From: the human T2T-CHM13v2.0 reference genome, Homo sapiens
Strand: one strand, 5' to 3'
NCBI RefSeq assembly: GCF_009914755.1
Contig: NC_060947.1
DNA: 64,000 nt
Shown here: one piece after another, positions 42,556 through 55,838 of the stretch
Layout: every line of letters begins with the position of its first letter
Position numbering within the stretch: position 1 is the stretch's first letter
Notes under the pieces: generated by a model
The model's input: only the letters and a program-made list of their open reading frames with translations
What the model was told of the DNA's origin: nothing
Database searches by the model: none
Translations under genes and position numbers: made by a program

Positions 42556-42939
42556 CAGTCATAAAAAGGAATAAATTAATAGCATTCACAGTGACCTGGA
42601 TAAGATTGAAAATTATTATTTTAAGTGAAGTAACCTCAAGAATGAAAATCCAAACATCGTATGTACTTATGAGTGGAGCTAAGCTATGAGGATGCAAGGG
42701 CATAAGAATGACACAATGGATTTTGGGGACTCAGGGGGACAGAAAGGGAAGGGAGTGAGAGATAAAAGACTACAAATAGGATGTAGTGAATACCCCTTGG
42801 GTGATAGGTTCACCAAAATCTCACAAATATCACCACTAAAGAACTTACTCATGTAACCAAATAATCTGTTCCCCAATAATCTATGGAAATAAAAAAAGGA
42901 TGCCAAGACAGCAACTATATTACAACAATTTATGGTACC

Positions 42940-45720
42940 TTCTTTTTTAAGCTGATGACAACTTAACATCAATTGCATACAAAAATTATACACTTTTAAT
43001 TCTCCTTATATACATACATTATGTGCTATTGATGACACATTTTATATCCTTTTTTACTGTATACATTAAGAACTTATTGTTGCTATATTTATTTTTAATG
43101 CTTTTGTCTTTTAACCTTTTATTCCAGATTTATAAGTGATTTACACACCACCATTACAATATTAGAGTTATCTAAATTTGAGTATATATTTGCCTTTACC
43201 AGTGAGTTTTACACTTTCATATGTTTTCATGTTGTTACTTTTTATCTTTTCATTTCAACTCAACGAACTCCCTTTAACATTTCTTGTAAAGCAGGTCTAG
43301 TTGTGATGAGCTCTCTCAGCTTTTGTTCTTCGAATGTCTTCATCTCTCTTTACTTTCTGAAGGACTGCCTTCCTGGGTATTGTATCCTCGGTTGACAGAT
43401 TTGTTTCTTTTAGTGCTTTAATATGGCATCCCTCTCCCTCCTGGCCTGCAGTTTCTGCTAACTTCACTTATAGCCTTCTGGGTGATTTTTTTGTTTGAAA
43501 AAGTCTGTTTTCTCTTGATGATTTCAATATTCTCTTTTTGCCTTTTACTTTTGACAATTTGATTACAATACGTCTCCAGGTATTCTTTAGTCTTAAATGT
43601 GATCCTTTGAGTTTTGTGAATCTGCATGTCCATGAATCCTATAATACTTGGGAAGTTTCCAACCATTATCTATTTAAATAAGCTTTATCTCCCTTTTATT
43701 CACCTTTTACCTCCTGGGCCTCCCATATTTCATTTATTCATTCCTTTGATGGTGTCCAATGGTGTCCAATAGGCCACTCATGTTTACTTCAACTTTTTTA
43801 TTCATTTTTTTTGTTATTCTAATTGGCTAATTTACATGGCATATATTTGAGTTTATTGATTATTTATTCTCCATAATCAAGTCTGCTGTTTATGCTTTCT
43901 ATTGAATTTTTCAGTATTGCTATTGTATTCCTCAGCTGTGAGAGTTCTGGTTGGTAATTTTCTATGATTTCTACTTCTTCATTCTACTTATAATTTTTGT
44001 CATGCCTTGTGTTCCTGACTTTTTCTTTGTCTATTTGTGTTCTTTTGCATCTCATCAAACTTTTAAAAAATAGCTATTTTGAAATTTTTTAGGCAATTTG
44101 TAGATCTTTATTACTTAGAGAGTTATTGAAAGCTGATTAGTTTCTTTTGGTTATGGTACGTTTGCCTGATTCATTGATTATCCATGTATTCTTGTATTGG
44201 TGTCTGTGCATGTGAAGTTACAAATACTTCTTGTCCCTACAGACTGGTCTCAATGGTTAAAACCTTTTCATTTTAGATCCTCAGGCTTAGGGAATTGCCT
44301 TTGGGTTCACCATAAAGTGGCATTGGAGCTGGATAATGTAGCTGTTGCTGCATCCACAGTAAGGTCTGCAGTTTGTAGGGCTGCTACCAGTGGCTCAAGC
44401 AAGATGTATCCTGTCTGGTCCCTGGGTGGACTGGACTATCTTCAAGACTTTGGTTAGTAGGGATGACCCTGAAATAAGAATCTGCTTTAGATTCTGCAGT
44501 TGAGTTTACAAACAGCAGGTCTATTACTGGGTGTGCAGCTGGATATGGCACTCCTAATATGTTACTAAGTGAGACCATGGTCAGGCAGGACTGGCCTTGG
44601 ACCATGGCTGAGAATAGCTGGAACTGTCACAAGGCAGCCTCAGAGTCCAAAGCCAAGACCACGTTTTGAAGGTCTTCCTCTAGGGACACAGAAGGGTGTG
44701 CCTCCTTCCAGCTTCCTGGGTGGAGAGAACTACCCCAGACTGTGGCTGAGAAATCTGCAGCTGGGTTGAAGACCTACTTCAGGATAAACAGTTGGTTTGA
44801 GGTCTGTGGACTTGCCTTTGAGAGAATGAATGGATATGTCTCCATGCATATCCCTAAATTGGCAGGATTATGCTCAGACAGTAGCTGAGAAGAGCTTGAG
44901 CCAAGTTACAGGGCCATTTCAGGATCTGCTGTGGCACTGAGGTTTGCAGGCTTTCCCCATTGGACACAGATGTGCATGTCTCCTGGCTGACCTCTTGGTG
45001 GGAAGGACTGTCCTGAAATTTCAGCTGAGAGGGACTAGAGCAAAGTTACTGGGCCTTTTTTGGGGATCTGCAATAAGACCAAAGTCAGTGGGCTTGCCTC
45101 AGGGGCACAAATGGGGGTATCTTCTGGTGGGCCCCCAGATAGGCAATACTACTCTCAGACCACAGCTGAGAGATGCTGGTAGCAAGTTATAGAGTTGGTT
45201 CAAGATTTATAGTGATGCTGAAACAGTGTTCCTGCTTACTGCTGGGAGTAATGACAAGGCACCTCCAGCAGTGATTTCCAGCAAGTCCCTGAGCTGGTGG
45301 GATTTCCAGCCTGTCAATGAAAAGAGCTGGAGCCAAGTTCAATGACCACTTCAGGGTCCACAGCTAGCATCTGTGTTAACAGACCTGTCACCCAAGGCAC
45401 AAGTGGCTGTGACTTCTCCCCGGTCCTTGGGTAATAATTCTGGTGGCAGGACCAAGGCCAAGTAGCACTATAGTTGAGTAGACAAGACAAGGAGGTCATT
45501 TATTTATCTGTAACTGAGACCAAGTTCAGCAAGCATCTTACCTAGGCATTGATCTGACCTCCCACAACAGCCTTCCTCAGTCTTGGGCTCCACTCAGGTT
45601 TTTCAGTCTTTCACCTAGTCTCAAAACTCTCAAAAAGGCACTTTTTTCATGAATGGTTTCTAAATTAGTGTTGCTGTGTAAGGATATCTGCAGAAAACCT
45701 CTTATTCTGCTGTCTTACTC
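42940..45720 (-). mobile_element. Old L1M 5' half (ORF1 and a long 5' UTR with degenerate tandem monomers)
   Basis: ORF1-like VGNFPSIIGFMDMQIHK (43418-43666 -). The 5' terminus reads as rc gtaagacagcagaataagagg at ~45700-45718. Confidence 0.72.
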
Positions 45721-45789
45721 ATGATATAAAAGTAATTTGTAATTTTCATGACAATTATAATAAAGGCATGTAAGAGAATGTGAGGATTG

Positions 45790-46015
45790 ACATTTATTGA
45801 GCATGTACTTATGTATCTATCTCTATGCTAGGGGCTTTGCATAAGTTTTCTTGTTTATGTTTCATAATAAATGTATAAGATAAATATTATTACATTAAGT
45901 TAATAGGTGAAGACTCAACAATATTGAGTAATTTACCAAATGTCATACATCACATGAGTGACAGAGCCAGGATTTTGCCTGACTACAAATATCATGCACT
46001 TTGCACTGTACCATA
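45790..46015 (-). mobile_element. MIR SINE
   Basis: acatttattgagca...tgagtaatttaccaaatgtcatacat...gtgacagagccaggattt. Confidence 0.7.
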
Positions 46016-46089
46016 TGTGACTGCTTGTGTATAAGTTTTGTTTGCTATGTTAATATTAAACTACTGAGATATATATCTTCATGTTTTAA

Positions 46090-46625
46090 ATCAATTTTTA
46101 ATTTACACTTACTAAAATATAATTTTTGTTCTAAATTCTGTGAGTTTGGACAAATATATAATCACAAAATTATAAGTAAGCCCAAGATAAAGAATATTAA
46201 CATCATCACACACAAAAATTTTTCTTATCAAAGCCTTTGTAATCACTCCCTACCACTACAACCAACCCAAGGAAACCACTGATCTGTTCAATGTTCCTAT
46301 AATTTTGCCTGTTTCAAATATTATATAAATGAAACTATACTTGAGTTCTTTTATTTAACATAATGCATTTAAACTCTGTCAATGTTGTTACATGTGTCAT
46401 TAGTTTGCTTTTTATTGCTGAAGAGTATTTCATATTATGGATATACTACAACTTGAATAATCATTCATCTACCCATTGATATTAAGATTGTTTCTGACTT
46501 TGAGCTATTGCAAATAAAATCATGAGTATTCCTGTGCAAGTCTTTGTATGGATATATATTTCCTTTTATTTTGGTATATCCCTGAAAGTAGAATGGCAGG
46601 ATTATATAATAGGTGTATGTTTAAC
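46090..46625 (-). mobile_element. Old L1 (L1MC/ME-like) 3' fragment
   Basis: ggaaaccactgatctgtt, tttttattgctgaagagtattt, ttcctgtgcaagtctttgtatgga. Confidence 0.65.
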
Positions 46626-46629
46626 TGCA

Positions 46630-47948
46630 TTTAATTTTTGTTATTTTTGTGGGTAAATAGTAGGTGTATGTATTTATGGGATGCATGAGATATTTTGATA
46701 GAAGCACACAATGTGCAATAATCAAATCAGGGCAAATGGAGTATCTATCACCTCAGGCATTTATCTTTTGTGTTAAAAAGCCAATTATACTCTTTTTTTT
46801 CAATTATACCCTTATTTTATAATGTACAAGTAAATTATTACTGACTGTAGTCACCCTGTTGTGCTATCAAAGACTAGATCTTATTCATTTATTCTAATTA
46901 TTTTGATAATTATTAATCATCCCCACTTTTTCCCCCAAACTCCACTATCCTTCAGACATTTTTGTAAACATACTTTACTCTGTATCACCATGAATTCAAG
47001 TGTTTTAATTTTCAACCCCTACAAATAAGTGCGAACATGCCAAGTTTGTATTTTGTGGCTGTTTTATTTCACTTAACATGATGGCATCCAGTTTCATTCA
47101 TGTTAATGAAAATTACAGCGTCTCAATTTTTTATGACAGAGTAGTACTTTATTGTGTATATGTACTACACTTTCTTTATCCATTCATCTGTTGATGGAAA
47201 CTTAGGTTGCTTCTAAATTTTGAATATTGTAAGTAGAGCTCTAATAAACAGGGAAATGCAGATATCTTTTAATATACCAATTTATTTTGATGGTTTGTTT
47301 GTTTGTTTTGTTGGTATACTCCCAGCAGTGGGGTTGCTGAATTATATGGTAGTTCTATTTTTAGTTTCCTGAGGAACTTCCCTGCTATTCTCCATCATGG
47401 CTGTACTAATTTACATTCTCACCAACACTGTACCAGTTTTCCCTTTTCTCCACACCCTAACTAGCATACACTATTGCCTGTCTTTTGGATAAAAGCCATT
47501 TTAACTGGGGTGAGATGACATTTCATCATATTTTTGATTTGCATTTACATAATAATTAATGATGTTGAGGACCTTCTTATATGCCCATTTACCATTTGCA
47601 TTTCTTTTTTTGAGAAATGCTATTAATATTCTTTACCCTTTTTTAATGTGATTATTAACTTTTTTCTTTTAGAGTTATTTTAGCTACTTATATCAATCCC
47701 TTCTCAGATGGATAGTTTGCAAACATTTTCTTCCATCCTGTAAAAGATATCTGTTGATGATACCTGTTGCCATGCAGAAGGTTTTTCACTTGAAATCTGA
47801 TTTGTCTATTTTTACTTGGGTTTCCTGTGCTTGTGTATCAGTATTGTTGCATTGGGTTCTATCTTTCTCTTTACCTTTAATAATATTTGTTTTATATATC
47901 TGGATGCTTCAGTGTTAAGTGCATATATACTTACAATTGTTATGCCGT
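46630..47948 (-). mobile_element. L1MA-like element, 3' part with an internal ORF2 deletion (~47835); host of the HERV-L provirus
   Basis: L1MA 3' UTR, then a jump from late ORF2 to the EN region. EN sequence resumes after the provirus at ~55839. Confidence 0.8.
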
Positions 47949-48381
47949 TGTGATGGTTAATACTGAGTGTCAACGTGATTAGATGGAGGGGTACAAAGTA
48001 TTAATACTGGTTGTGTCTGTGTGGGTGTTTCCAAAAGAGATTAACATTTGAGTCAGTGGGTTGGGAAAGGCAGATCCACCCTTAATCTGGTGGGTACAAT
48101 CTAGTCCGCTTCCAGTAAATATAAAGCAGGTAGAAAAACGTGAAAAGTAGAGATGGGCCTAGCTTCCAAGTCTACATCTTTCTCCGTGATGGATGCTTCC
48201 TGTCCTTGAACATCAGACTCAAAGTTCTTCGGTTTTGGGACTTGGACTGGCTCTCCTTGCTCCTCAGCTTGCAGACAAGCTGAGGGACCTTGTGATGATG
48301 TAAATTTATATATATATATATATGGAACCCTGACTAATACAGATTTTTAATAAACTATATATATAAAACCCTACCAATGCA
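47949..48381 (+). mobile_element. MLT2A (MLT2A1-like) 5' LTR
   Basis: Starts tgtgatggttaatactgagtgtcaac. Ends accctgactaataca (48341), followed by a duplicated terminus ending at 48381. Confidence 0.9.
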
Positions 48382-48515
48382 GATTTTGGTACTGGGAGTG
48401 ATTCTAGAGGAATAGAATATTAAGGAAGGAGTTCTTTGGTTGGTTTTGAGGTTTCTGGAGTTGGCTGCTTAATATAATTAGACCCCAAAATGCTAAGGAC
48501 TCTACTTCTAGTAGT

Positions 48516-51330
48516 ATGGAGAACACTGATAGTCCTTGGCCAAAACTGTTTAGGGAGTTATGCAAAATAAATGCATTTGACACACCTGATTCACTGATCG
48601 AGAGAGGCAAGGAGTTTAGTGACTCTATACATTATACCTTTGACCATATGTGGAGAACCAAGGAACATAATGAACCTGGTTGGTTGCTCCTAAGTTCAGT
48701 GGACAAAATGATAAAAGAAAATGATGAATTGAAGGATTCTGTCTCCCAGCTTCAGAAGCAGATACTAAGGTTCAAATCTGCTAAGATTGCCCTGAGTGAG
48801 AGTCTTATCACCTGTAGAGAAAGAGCTGAAAATGGGAAAAAACAGACACAAGCTATTATTATGCGAGTGCCTGACCTGCAATGAGAGATGCATGTACAGC
48901 CTCGCCAGATGTCTATTGTAAAAGTGTGGGCATTGACTGGAAAAGAATGGGGTCCTCCAACTTGGAATGGGGAAGTTTGGAGGACCCTAATGAAGCTGAG
49001 GACACTGAGTTTGTAAACTCTAATGAACATTTTTTCTGCCAGAAGTAACAGCTTTCCCATCTCCAGTAGTGGCAACATCCCCTCCCCGAACATTGCTGCC
49101 ATCAGCCTTTCCTTGTTTGTATGAGGAGATAAACCCTGTGCTGCTTTAGGAAACAGTGAGGGCCTCCCCTGAGGCAGCTGCCAGGCAAGATAATGTTGAT
49201 TCTTCTCAGAAGCCACCGCCAACACCTCTATTTGCTTCTAGACCTATAACTAGACTAAAGTCCCAGCAGGCCCCTAGAAGTGAGTTTAAAAGTGTGACCC
49301 TTTGGATATATACCCAGTAATGGGATGGCTGGGTCAAATGGTATTTCTAGTTCTAGATCCCTGAGGAATCGCCACACTGACTTCCACAATGGTTGAACTA
49401 GTTTACAGGCCCACCAACAGTGTAAAAGAGTTCCTATTTCTCCACATCCTCTCCAGCACCTGTTGTTTCCTGACTTTTTAATGATCGCCATTCTAACTGG
49501 TGTGAGATGGTATCTCATTGCGGTTTTGATTTGCATTTCTCTGATGGCCAGTGATGGTGAGCATTTTTTCATGTGTCTTTTGGCTGCATAAATGTCTTCT
49601 TTTGAGAAGTGTCTGTTCATATCCTTTGCCCACTTTTTTGTGGGGTTGTTTGTTTTTCTCTTGTAAATTTGTTTGAGTTCATTGTAGATTCTGGATATTA
49701 TCCCTTTGTCAGATGAGTAGATTGCAAAAATTTTCTCCCATTCTGTATGTTGCCTGTTCACTCTGATGGTAGTTTCTGTTGTTGTGCAGAAGCTCTTTAG
49801 TTTAATTAGATCCCATTTGTCAATTTTGGCTTTTGTTGCCATTGCTTTTGGTGTTTTAGACATGAAGTCCTTGCCCATGCCTATGTCCTGAATGGTATTG
49901 CCTAGTTATTGCGGCACTATTCACAATAGCTAAGACTTGGAACCAACCCAAATGTCCAACAATGATAGACTGGATTAAGAAAATGTGGCACTTATACACC
50001 ATGGAATACCATGTAGCCATAAAAAATGATGAATTCATGTCCTTTGTAGGGACATGGATGAAGCTGGAAACCATTATTCTCAGCAAACTGTCACAAGGAC
50101 AAAAAAAACCAAACACCACATGTTCTCAGTCATAGGTTGGAATTGAACAATGAGAACACATGGGCACAGGAAGGGGAACATCACACCAGGGCCTGTTGTG
50201 GGGTGGGGGGAAGGGGGAGGGATAGCATTAAGGGATATACCTAATGTTAAATGACGAGTTAATGAGTGCAGCACACCAACATGGTACAAGTGTACATATG
50301 TAACTAACCTGCATGTTGTGCACTTGTACCCTAAAACTTAAAGTATAATAATAATAAAAAAGAAAGTGTGACCCATGAAGTCACACTACCCATGAGGTGT
50401 GCTACCCATGAGGGATGGTACACTCAAAAAGAACTGTTTGAGTTCTCTAATTTATATAAACAGCAATCTGGAGAACAGGCATGGGAATGGATATTAAAAG
50501 TATGGGATAATGGTGGAAGAAACAAAGTTGGATAAGGCTGAATTTACTGATTTGGGTCCACTAAGTAGGGACTTTGCATTTAAATTTGCAGCTCAGGGAG
50601 TTAAAAATGTTCTAATAGTTAATTTGCTTAGTTAGCTAAAATATGGATTAAAAGATGGTCAACTGTGAATAAGCTGGAAATGCCTGATCTCCCTTAGTTT
50701 AATGTAGAGAAAGGGATCCAAAGGCTTAGGGAGATTGGGATAGTGAAATGGATTAGTCAATTTAGACCTACTCATCCCAGCTGGGAGGGTCCAGAAGACA
50801 TATGCTTGACCTGTGACTTATGAAATAGATTTGTGAGGAAATCATCTTCCTCTTTGAAAAACCCTGTAATTGCTCTTCTTTGTATGTCAGATCTAAGGGT
50901 GGAACTGCAGTCATTCAGCTACAAAATTTAAATACAATGAGAATAATTCGATCCCAAGGTGGCAAGGACCAAGTGGCAGCACTCAACAGTCAAAGGCAAG
51001 GTGGGTGTAGCTACCATAATGAACAGCACAGGCAAAGTGACAATCAGAATAGTCTGACTTGTGTAGAGCTCTGGCATTGGCTAATTAATCATGGTGTTCC
51101 TATAAGTGAAATTGAATGCCGTAAGTCTACTGCATTCCCACTTAAATTATAAAAATAGAAAACTTCTAGGTCGAAAGAACAGAAGACTTATTTGAATTAT
51201 AAAAACAGAATTATGGCCCCTCAACTAATTTCCAGACTTGACCCAGTTTACAGAACCAGAACCCCTTGAATGAAAGGGAGGCCAAGCCCCCTTGAGGAAG
51301 GATCCCACTACATTACTGACACTTTATGCA
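48516..51330 (+). pseudogene. HERV-L gag, disrupted by stops and an L1PA insertion
   Basis: MENTDSPWPKLFRELCKINAFDTPDS (48516-48884); later QVAALNSQRQG...ELWHWLINHGVP (50880-51152). The end coordinate is approximate. Confidence 0.85.
49301..50362 (+). mobile_element. Young L1PA, 5'-inverted (twin-primed), inserted in HERV-L gag
   Basis: Minus-strand ORF2 C-terminus at 49301-~49904, then plus-strand 3' end and poly(A). Perfect 12-bp TSD aaagtgtgaccc at 49289-49300 and 50363-50374. Confidence 0.93.
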
Positions 51331-51399
51331 GTGAATCTTTCTCCCATCCTTCCCCAAGGAGACCTCCAGCCTTTTACCAGGGTAACTGCATTGGGGAAA

Positions 51400-54300
51400 G
51401 GGAAATGATCAGACATTTTGGGGACTACTGGACACTGGCTCTGAGCTGAGATTGATTCAAGGGCACCTATAACATCATTTTGGCTTTCCAGTTAAAGTAG
51501 GGGCTTATGGAGGTAAGGTAATTAATGGAGTTGTAGCTCAGGTCCAACTTATAGTGGGTTCAATGGATCCCCAGACTCATCCTGTGGTCACTTCTCCAGT
51601 GTCAGAATGCATAATTGGCATAGACATACTTAGCCGCTGGCAAACCCCCACATTGGCTCCCTGACTGGTAGGGTGAAGGCTGTTCTAGTGGGAAAAGAAA
51701 AATGGAAGCCATTAGAGCTTCCTCTACCCAGAAAAATAATAAATCAAAAACGATATCTCATCCCTGGAGGGATTGCAAAGATTAGTACCACCATCAAGGA
51801 CTTGAAAGACGGAGGGGTGATGACTCCCACCACATCGTTTTTCAACTCTCCCATTTGGCCTGTGCAGAAGACAGATGGATCTTGGAGAATAACAGATAAT
51901 TGTAAGCTTAATGAAGTGGTGCCTGCAAATGCAGCTGCTCAGCCATATGTGGTTTTATTGTTTGAGCAAATTAACACATCTCCTGGTACCTGATATGCAG
52001 TCATTGACTTGGCAAATGCCTTTTTCTCCATTGTTGTCCATAAGGCATTCCAGAAGCAATTTGCCTTCAGCTGGAAAGGCAAGCAATATATTTTTACTGT
52101 CCTACCTCAGGGGTATATTAGCTCTCCAGCTTTGTGTCATAATCTTATTCAGAGAGACCGTGATCACTTTACACTTCTACAAGATATCACACTGGTTTGT
52201 TACATTGATGACATTATGCTGACTGGATCCAATGAGCAAGAAGTAGCAAACACACTGGACTTAAGTGAGGCATTTGCATGCCAGAGGATGGGAAATAAAT
52301 CCTACTAAAATGTAAGGACCTTCTACCTCAGTTAAATATCTATGGGTCCAGTGGTGTAGGGCCTGTCGAGATATTCCTTCTAAGGTAAAGGATAAGTTGC
52401 TGCATTTGGCTCCTCTTACAACCAAGAAAAAGGCACAACGCCTAGTGGCCTATTTTGATTTTGGAGACAACACATTCCTCCTTTGGTTATGTTACTCTAG
52501 CCCATTTACTGAGTGACCTGAAAGGCTGCAAGTTTTTGAGGGGGATACAGAACAGGAGAAGGCTCTCCAACAAGTCCAGGCTGCTGTGCAAGCTGCTCTG
52601 CCACTGGGGCCATGTGACCTCGCAGATCCAATGGTGCTTGATGTGTCAGTGGTAGATAGGGAAGCTGTTTGGAGCCTTTGACAGGCTCCCATAGGAGAAC
52701 TGCAGCAGGGTCCTCTTAGGATTTTGGAGCAAGGCCTAGTCATCTTTTGCAGATAATTATTTTCCTTTTGAGAGACTGCTCTTGGTCTGTTACTGGGCTT
52801 TAGTGGAAACTGTACGTTTGACTATGGGTCATCAAGTCACCATGGGACCTGAAGTGCCTGTCATGAACTTGGTGCTTTCTGACCCATCTAGTCATAAAGT
52901 GGGTCATGCACAGCAACATTCTATCATCAAATGGAAGTGGTATATACATGATAGGGCTCGAGAAGGTCCTGAAGGCACAAGTAAGTTACATGAGGAAGTG
53001 GCTCAAATGCCCATGGTCTCTATTTCTGCCACCCTGACTTCTCACCCCCAGCCTGCACCAATCGCCTCATGGGAACTTCCCTATAATCAGTTAACAGAGG
53101 AAGAGAAGACTAGGACCTGGTTCACAGATGGTTCTGCACGATATGCCATATGCAGGCACAACCCGAAAGTGGACAGCTGCAGCACTACAGCCCCTTTCTA
53201 GGACATCCCTGAGGGACAGCTGTGAAGGGAAATCCTCTCACTGGGCAGAACTTCGAGCAGTTCACCTGGTTGTGCACTTTGCATGGAAGGAGAAATGGCG
53301 AGATGTGCGATAATATACTGATTCATAAGCTGTAGCCAGTTGTTGGGCTGGATGGTCAGGAACTTGAAAGAAGCATGATTGGAAAATTGATGACAAAGAA
53401 ATCTGGGGAAGAGGTATGTGGCTGGACCTCTCTGAGTGGTCAAAAACTGTGAAGATATTTATGTCCCATGTAAGTGGTCACTAACGGGTGACCTAAGCAA
53501 TGGAGGAGTTTAATAATCAAGTGGATAGGATGACCCATTCTGTTGAAACCACTCAGCCTCTTTCCCCAGCCACCCCTGTCATCATCCAATGGGCCCATGA
53601 ACAAACTGGGCATGGTGGCATGCATGGAGGTTACACATGGGCTCAGCAACATGAACTTCCACTCACCAAGGCTGACCTGGCTATAGCCACTGCTGAGTGC
53701 CCAATTTGCCTGCAGCAAACACCAACACTGAGCCCTCTATATGGCACCATTATTCAGAGTGATCGGCCAGCCACCTGATGACAGGTTGATTATATTGGAC
53801 CTCTTCCATCATGGAAAGGGCAGAGGTTTGTCCTCACTGGAATAGACTCTTACTCCAGATATGGGTTTTCCTATTCTGCATGCAATGTTTCTGCCAAGAC
53901 TACCATCCGTGGACTCACAAAATGGCTTATCCACCATCATGCTATTCCACACAGCATTGCTTCTTACCAAGGCACTCACTTTATGGCTAAAGAAGTGCAA
54001 CAGTGGGCTCATGCTCATGGAATTCATTGGTCTTACCATGTTTCCTATCATCCTGAAGCAGCTGGATTGATTGAATGGTGAAATGGCATTTTGATGTCAC
54101 AATTACAATGCCAACAAGGTGACAATACTTTGCAGGCCTAGGGAAAAGTTCTCTGGAAGGCCATTTATGCTCTTAATCAGCATCCAATATATGGTACTCT
54201 TTCTCCCATAACCAGGATTCACAGGTCCAGGAATTAAGAGGTGGAAGTGGAAGTGGCACCACTCACCATCACCCCTAGTGATCCATTAGCGAATTTTTGT
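51400..54300 (+). pseudogene. HERV-L protease, reverse transcriptase, RNase H and integrase, fragmented
   Basis: ctactggacactggctct = LLDTGS (~51425); FNSPIWPVQKTDGSWR; FTVLPQGYISSPALCHN and YIDDIML; WFTDGS; WAHEQTGHGG...ECPICLQ. Confidence 0.9.
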
Positions 54301-54309
54301 GTCCTGTTC

Positions 54310-54620
54310 CTGTGACATTACATTCTGATGGCCTAGAGGTCTTAGTTCCAGAGGAAGAAATGTCACCACCAGGGACACAACAATGATTCAATTAAACTGG
54401 AAGTTCAGATTGTCACCAGGACACTTTGGGCTCCTCCAACATTGAAGTCAATAGGCTAAGAAGGGAGTTACAGTGTTGGCTGGGGTACTTGACCGGGACT
54501 ATCAAGATGAAATCAGTCTACTACTCCACATAGGAATAAAGGAAGAGTAGGCATGGAATACAGGAGATCCTTAGGGTGTCTCTTAGCATTACTATCCCCT
54601 GTGATTAAGGTCAATAAGAA
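54310..54620 (+). pseudogene. HERV-L dUTPase-like region, degenerate
   Basis: Located after integrase as expected for ERV-L. ccaggacactttgggctc (PGHFGL) and ggggtacttgaccgggactatcaa (GVLDRDYQ, resembling the dUTPase GVIDxDY motif). Confidence 0.7.
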
Positions 54621-54973
54621 ACTACAGCAGCCCAATCCAGGCAGGACTACAAATGACACAGACCCTTCAGGAATGAAGGTTTGGGTTACCTGGCCAGGAA
54701 AAAACTGACCTGCTGAGGAGCTTACTGAAGGCAAAGGGAATACAGAATGTCTAGTAGAAGAAGGTAGTCATTAACACTAGCTATGACCAAGTGGCCAGCT
54801 GCAGAAACGAGGACTGTAACTGTCATGAGCACTTCCTCCTTCTTTTGTCAAAAACGTATTTGTGCATGTATACACTTTTACTAAGAAAACATCTTCATTA
54901 TATTTCCTTTTTCTTTATCATGTGATGTAAGGTTTATTGACTTCATATCAACATTCAAGTATTATTAACTTAA

Positions 54974-55451
<478 letters not shown>

Positions 55452-55467
55452 TGATGAGGGGTGGACT

Positions 55468-55838
55468 TGTGATGGTTAATACTGTGTGCCAACTTGATTG
55501 CATTGAGGGAAAGAAAGTATTAATCCTGAGTATGTCTGTGTGGGTTTTGCCAAAAGAGATTAACATTTGAGTCAGTGGGCTGGGGAAGTGAGATCCACCC
55601 TTAATCTGGTGGGCACAATCTAATCAGCTTCCAGTGACTATCAAGCAGGCAGAAAAACATGAACAGGAAAGATGGGCCTAGCCTCCCAGCCTACATCTTT
55701 CTCCCATGCTGGACGCTTCCTGCTCTTGAACATAAGACTCCAAGTTCTTCAGTTTTGGGACTCAGATTGGCTCTCATTGCTCCTCAGCTTGAAGACAGCC
55801 TATTGAGTAACCTTGTGTTTGTGTAAGTTAATACTTAA
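55468..55838 (+). mobile_element. MLT2A 3' LTR, 3' end deleted
   Basis: Starts tgtgatggttaatactg after the PPT and matches the 5' LTR (roughly 85% by eye). Stops at gttaatacttaat, where L1 resumes. Confidence 0.9.

Larger units (their letters stand above)
39451..42898 (+). mobile_element. L1PB (L1PB1-like) ORF2 to 3' end
   Basis: [12 protein letters not shown]...[13 protein letters not shown] (40573-40845); L1PB-type tail gaacttactcatgtaaccaaata...atggaaataaaaaaa. Confidence 0.88.

Noticed and set aside
34970-42898. The two L1PB copies as arms of one inverted segmental duplication
   Set aside because: The 3' flanks differ and each copy has private indels and substitutions; independent insertions are more likely.
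44560-45500. CRISPR-like repeat-spacer array
   Set aside because: Eukaryotic L1 context; the units are whole degenerate monomers, not identical repeats with unique spacers.
48516-48884. Domesticated ERV-L gag (Fv1-like restriction factor)
   Set aside because: Only 122 aa before a stop, and gag is further broken by an L1 insertion; no sign of ORF preservation.
50375-50415. Short repeated acccatga(g) units next to the L1 TSD, and the 10-bp duplication ggtgtccaat at ~43751-43770
   Set aside because: Consistent with ordinary slippage micro-duplications; too small to interpret.
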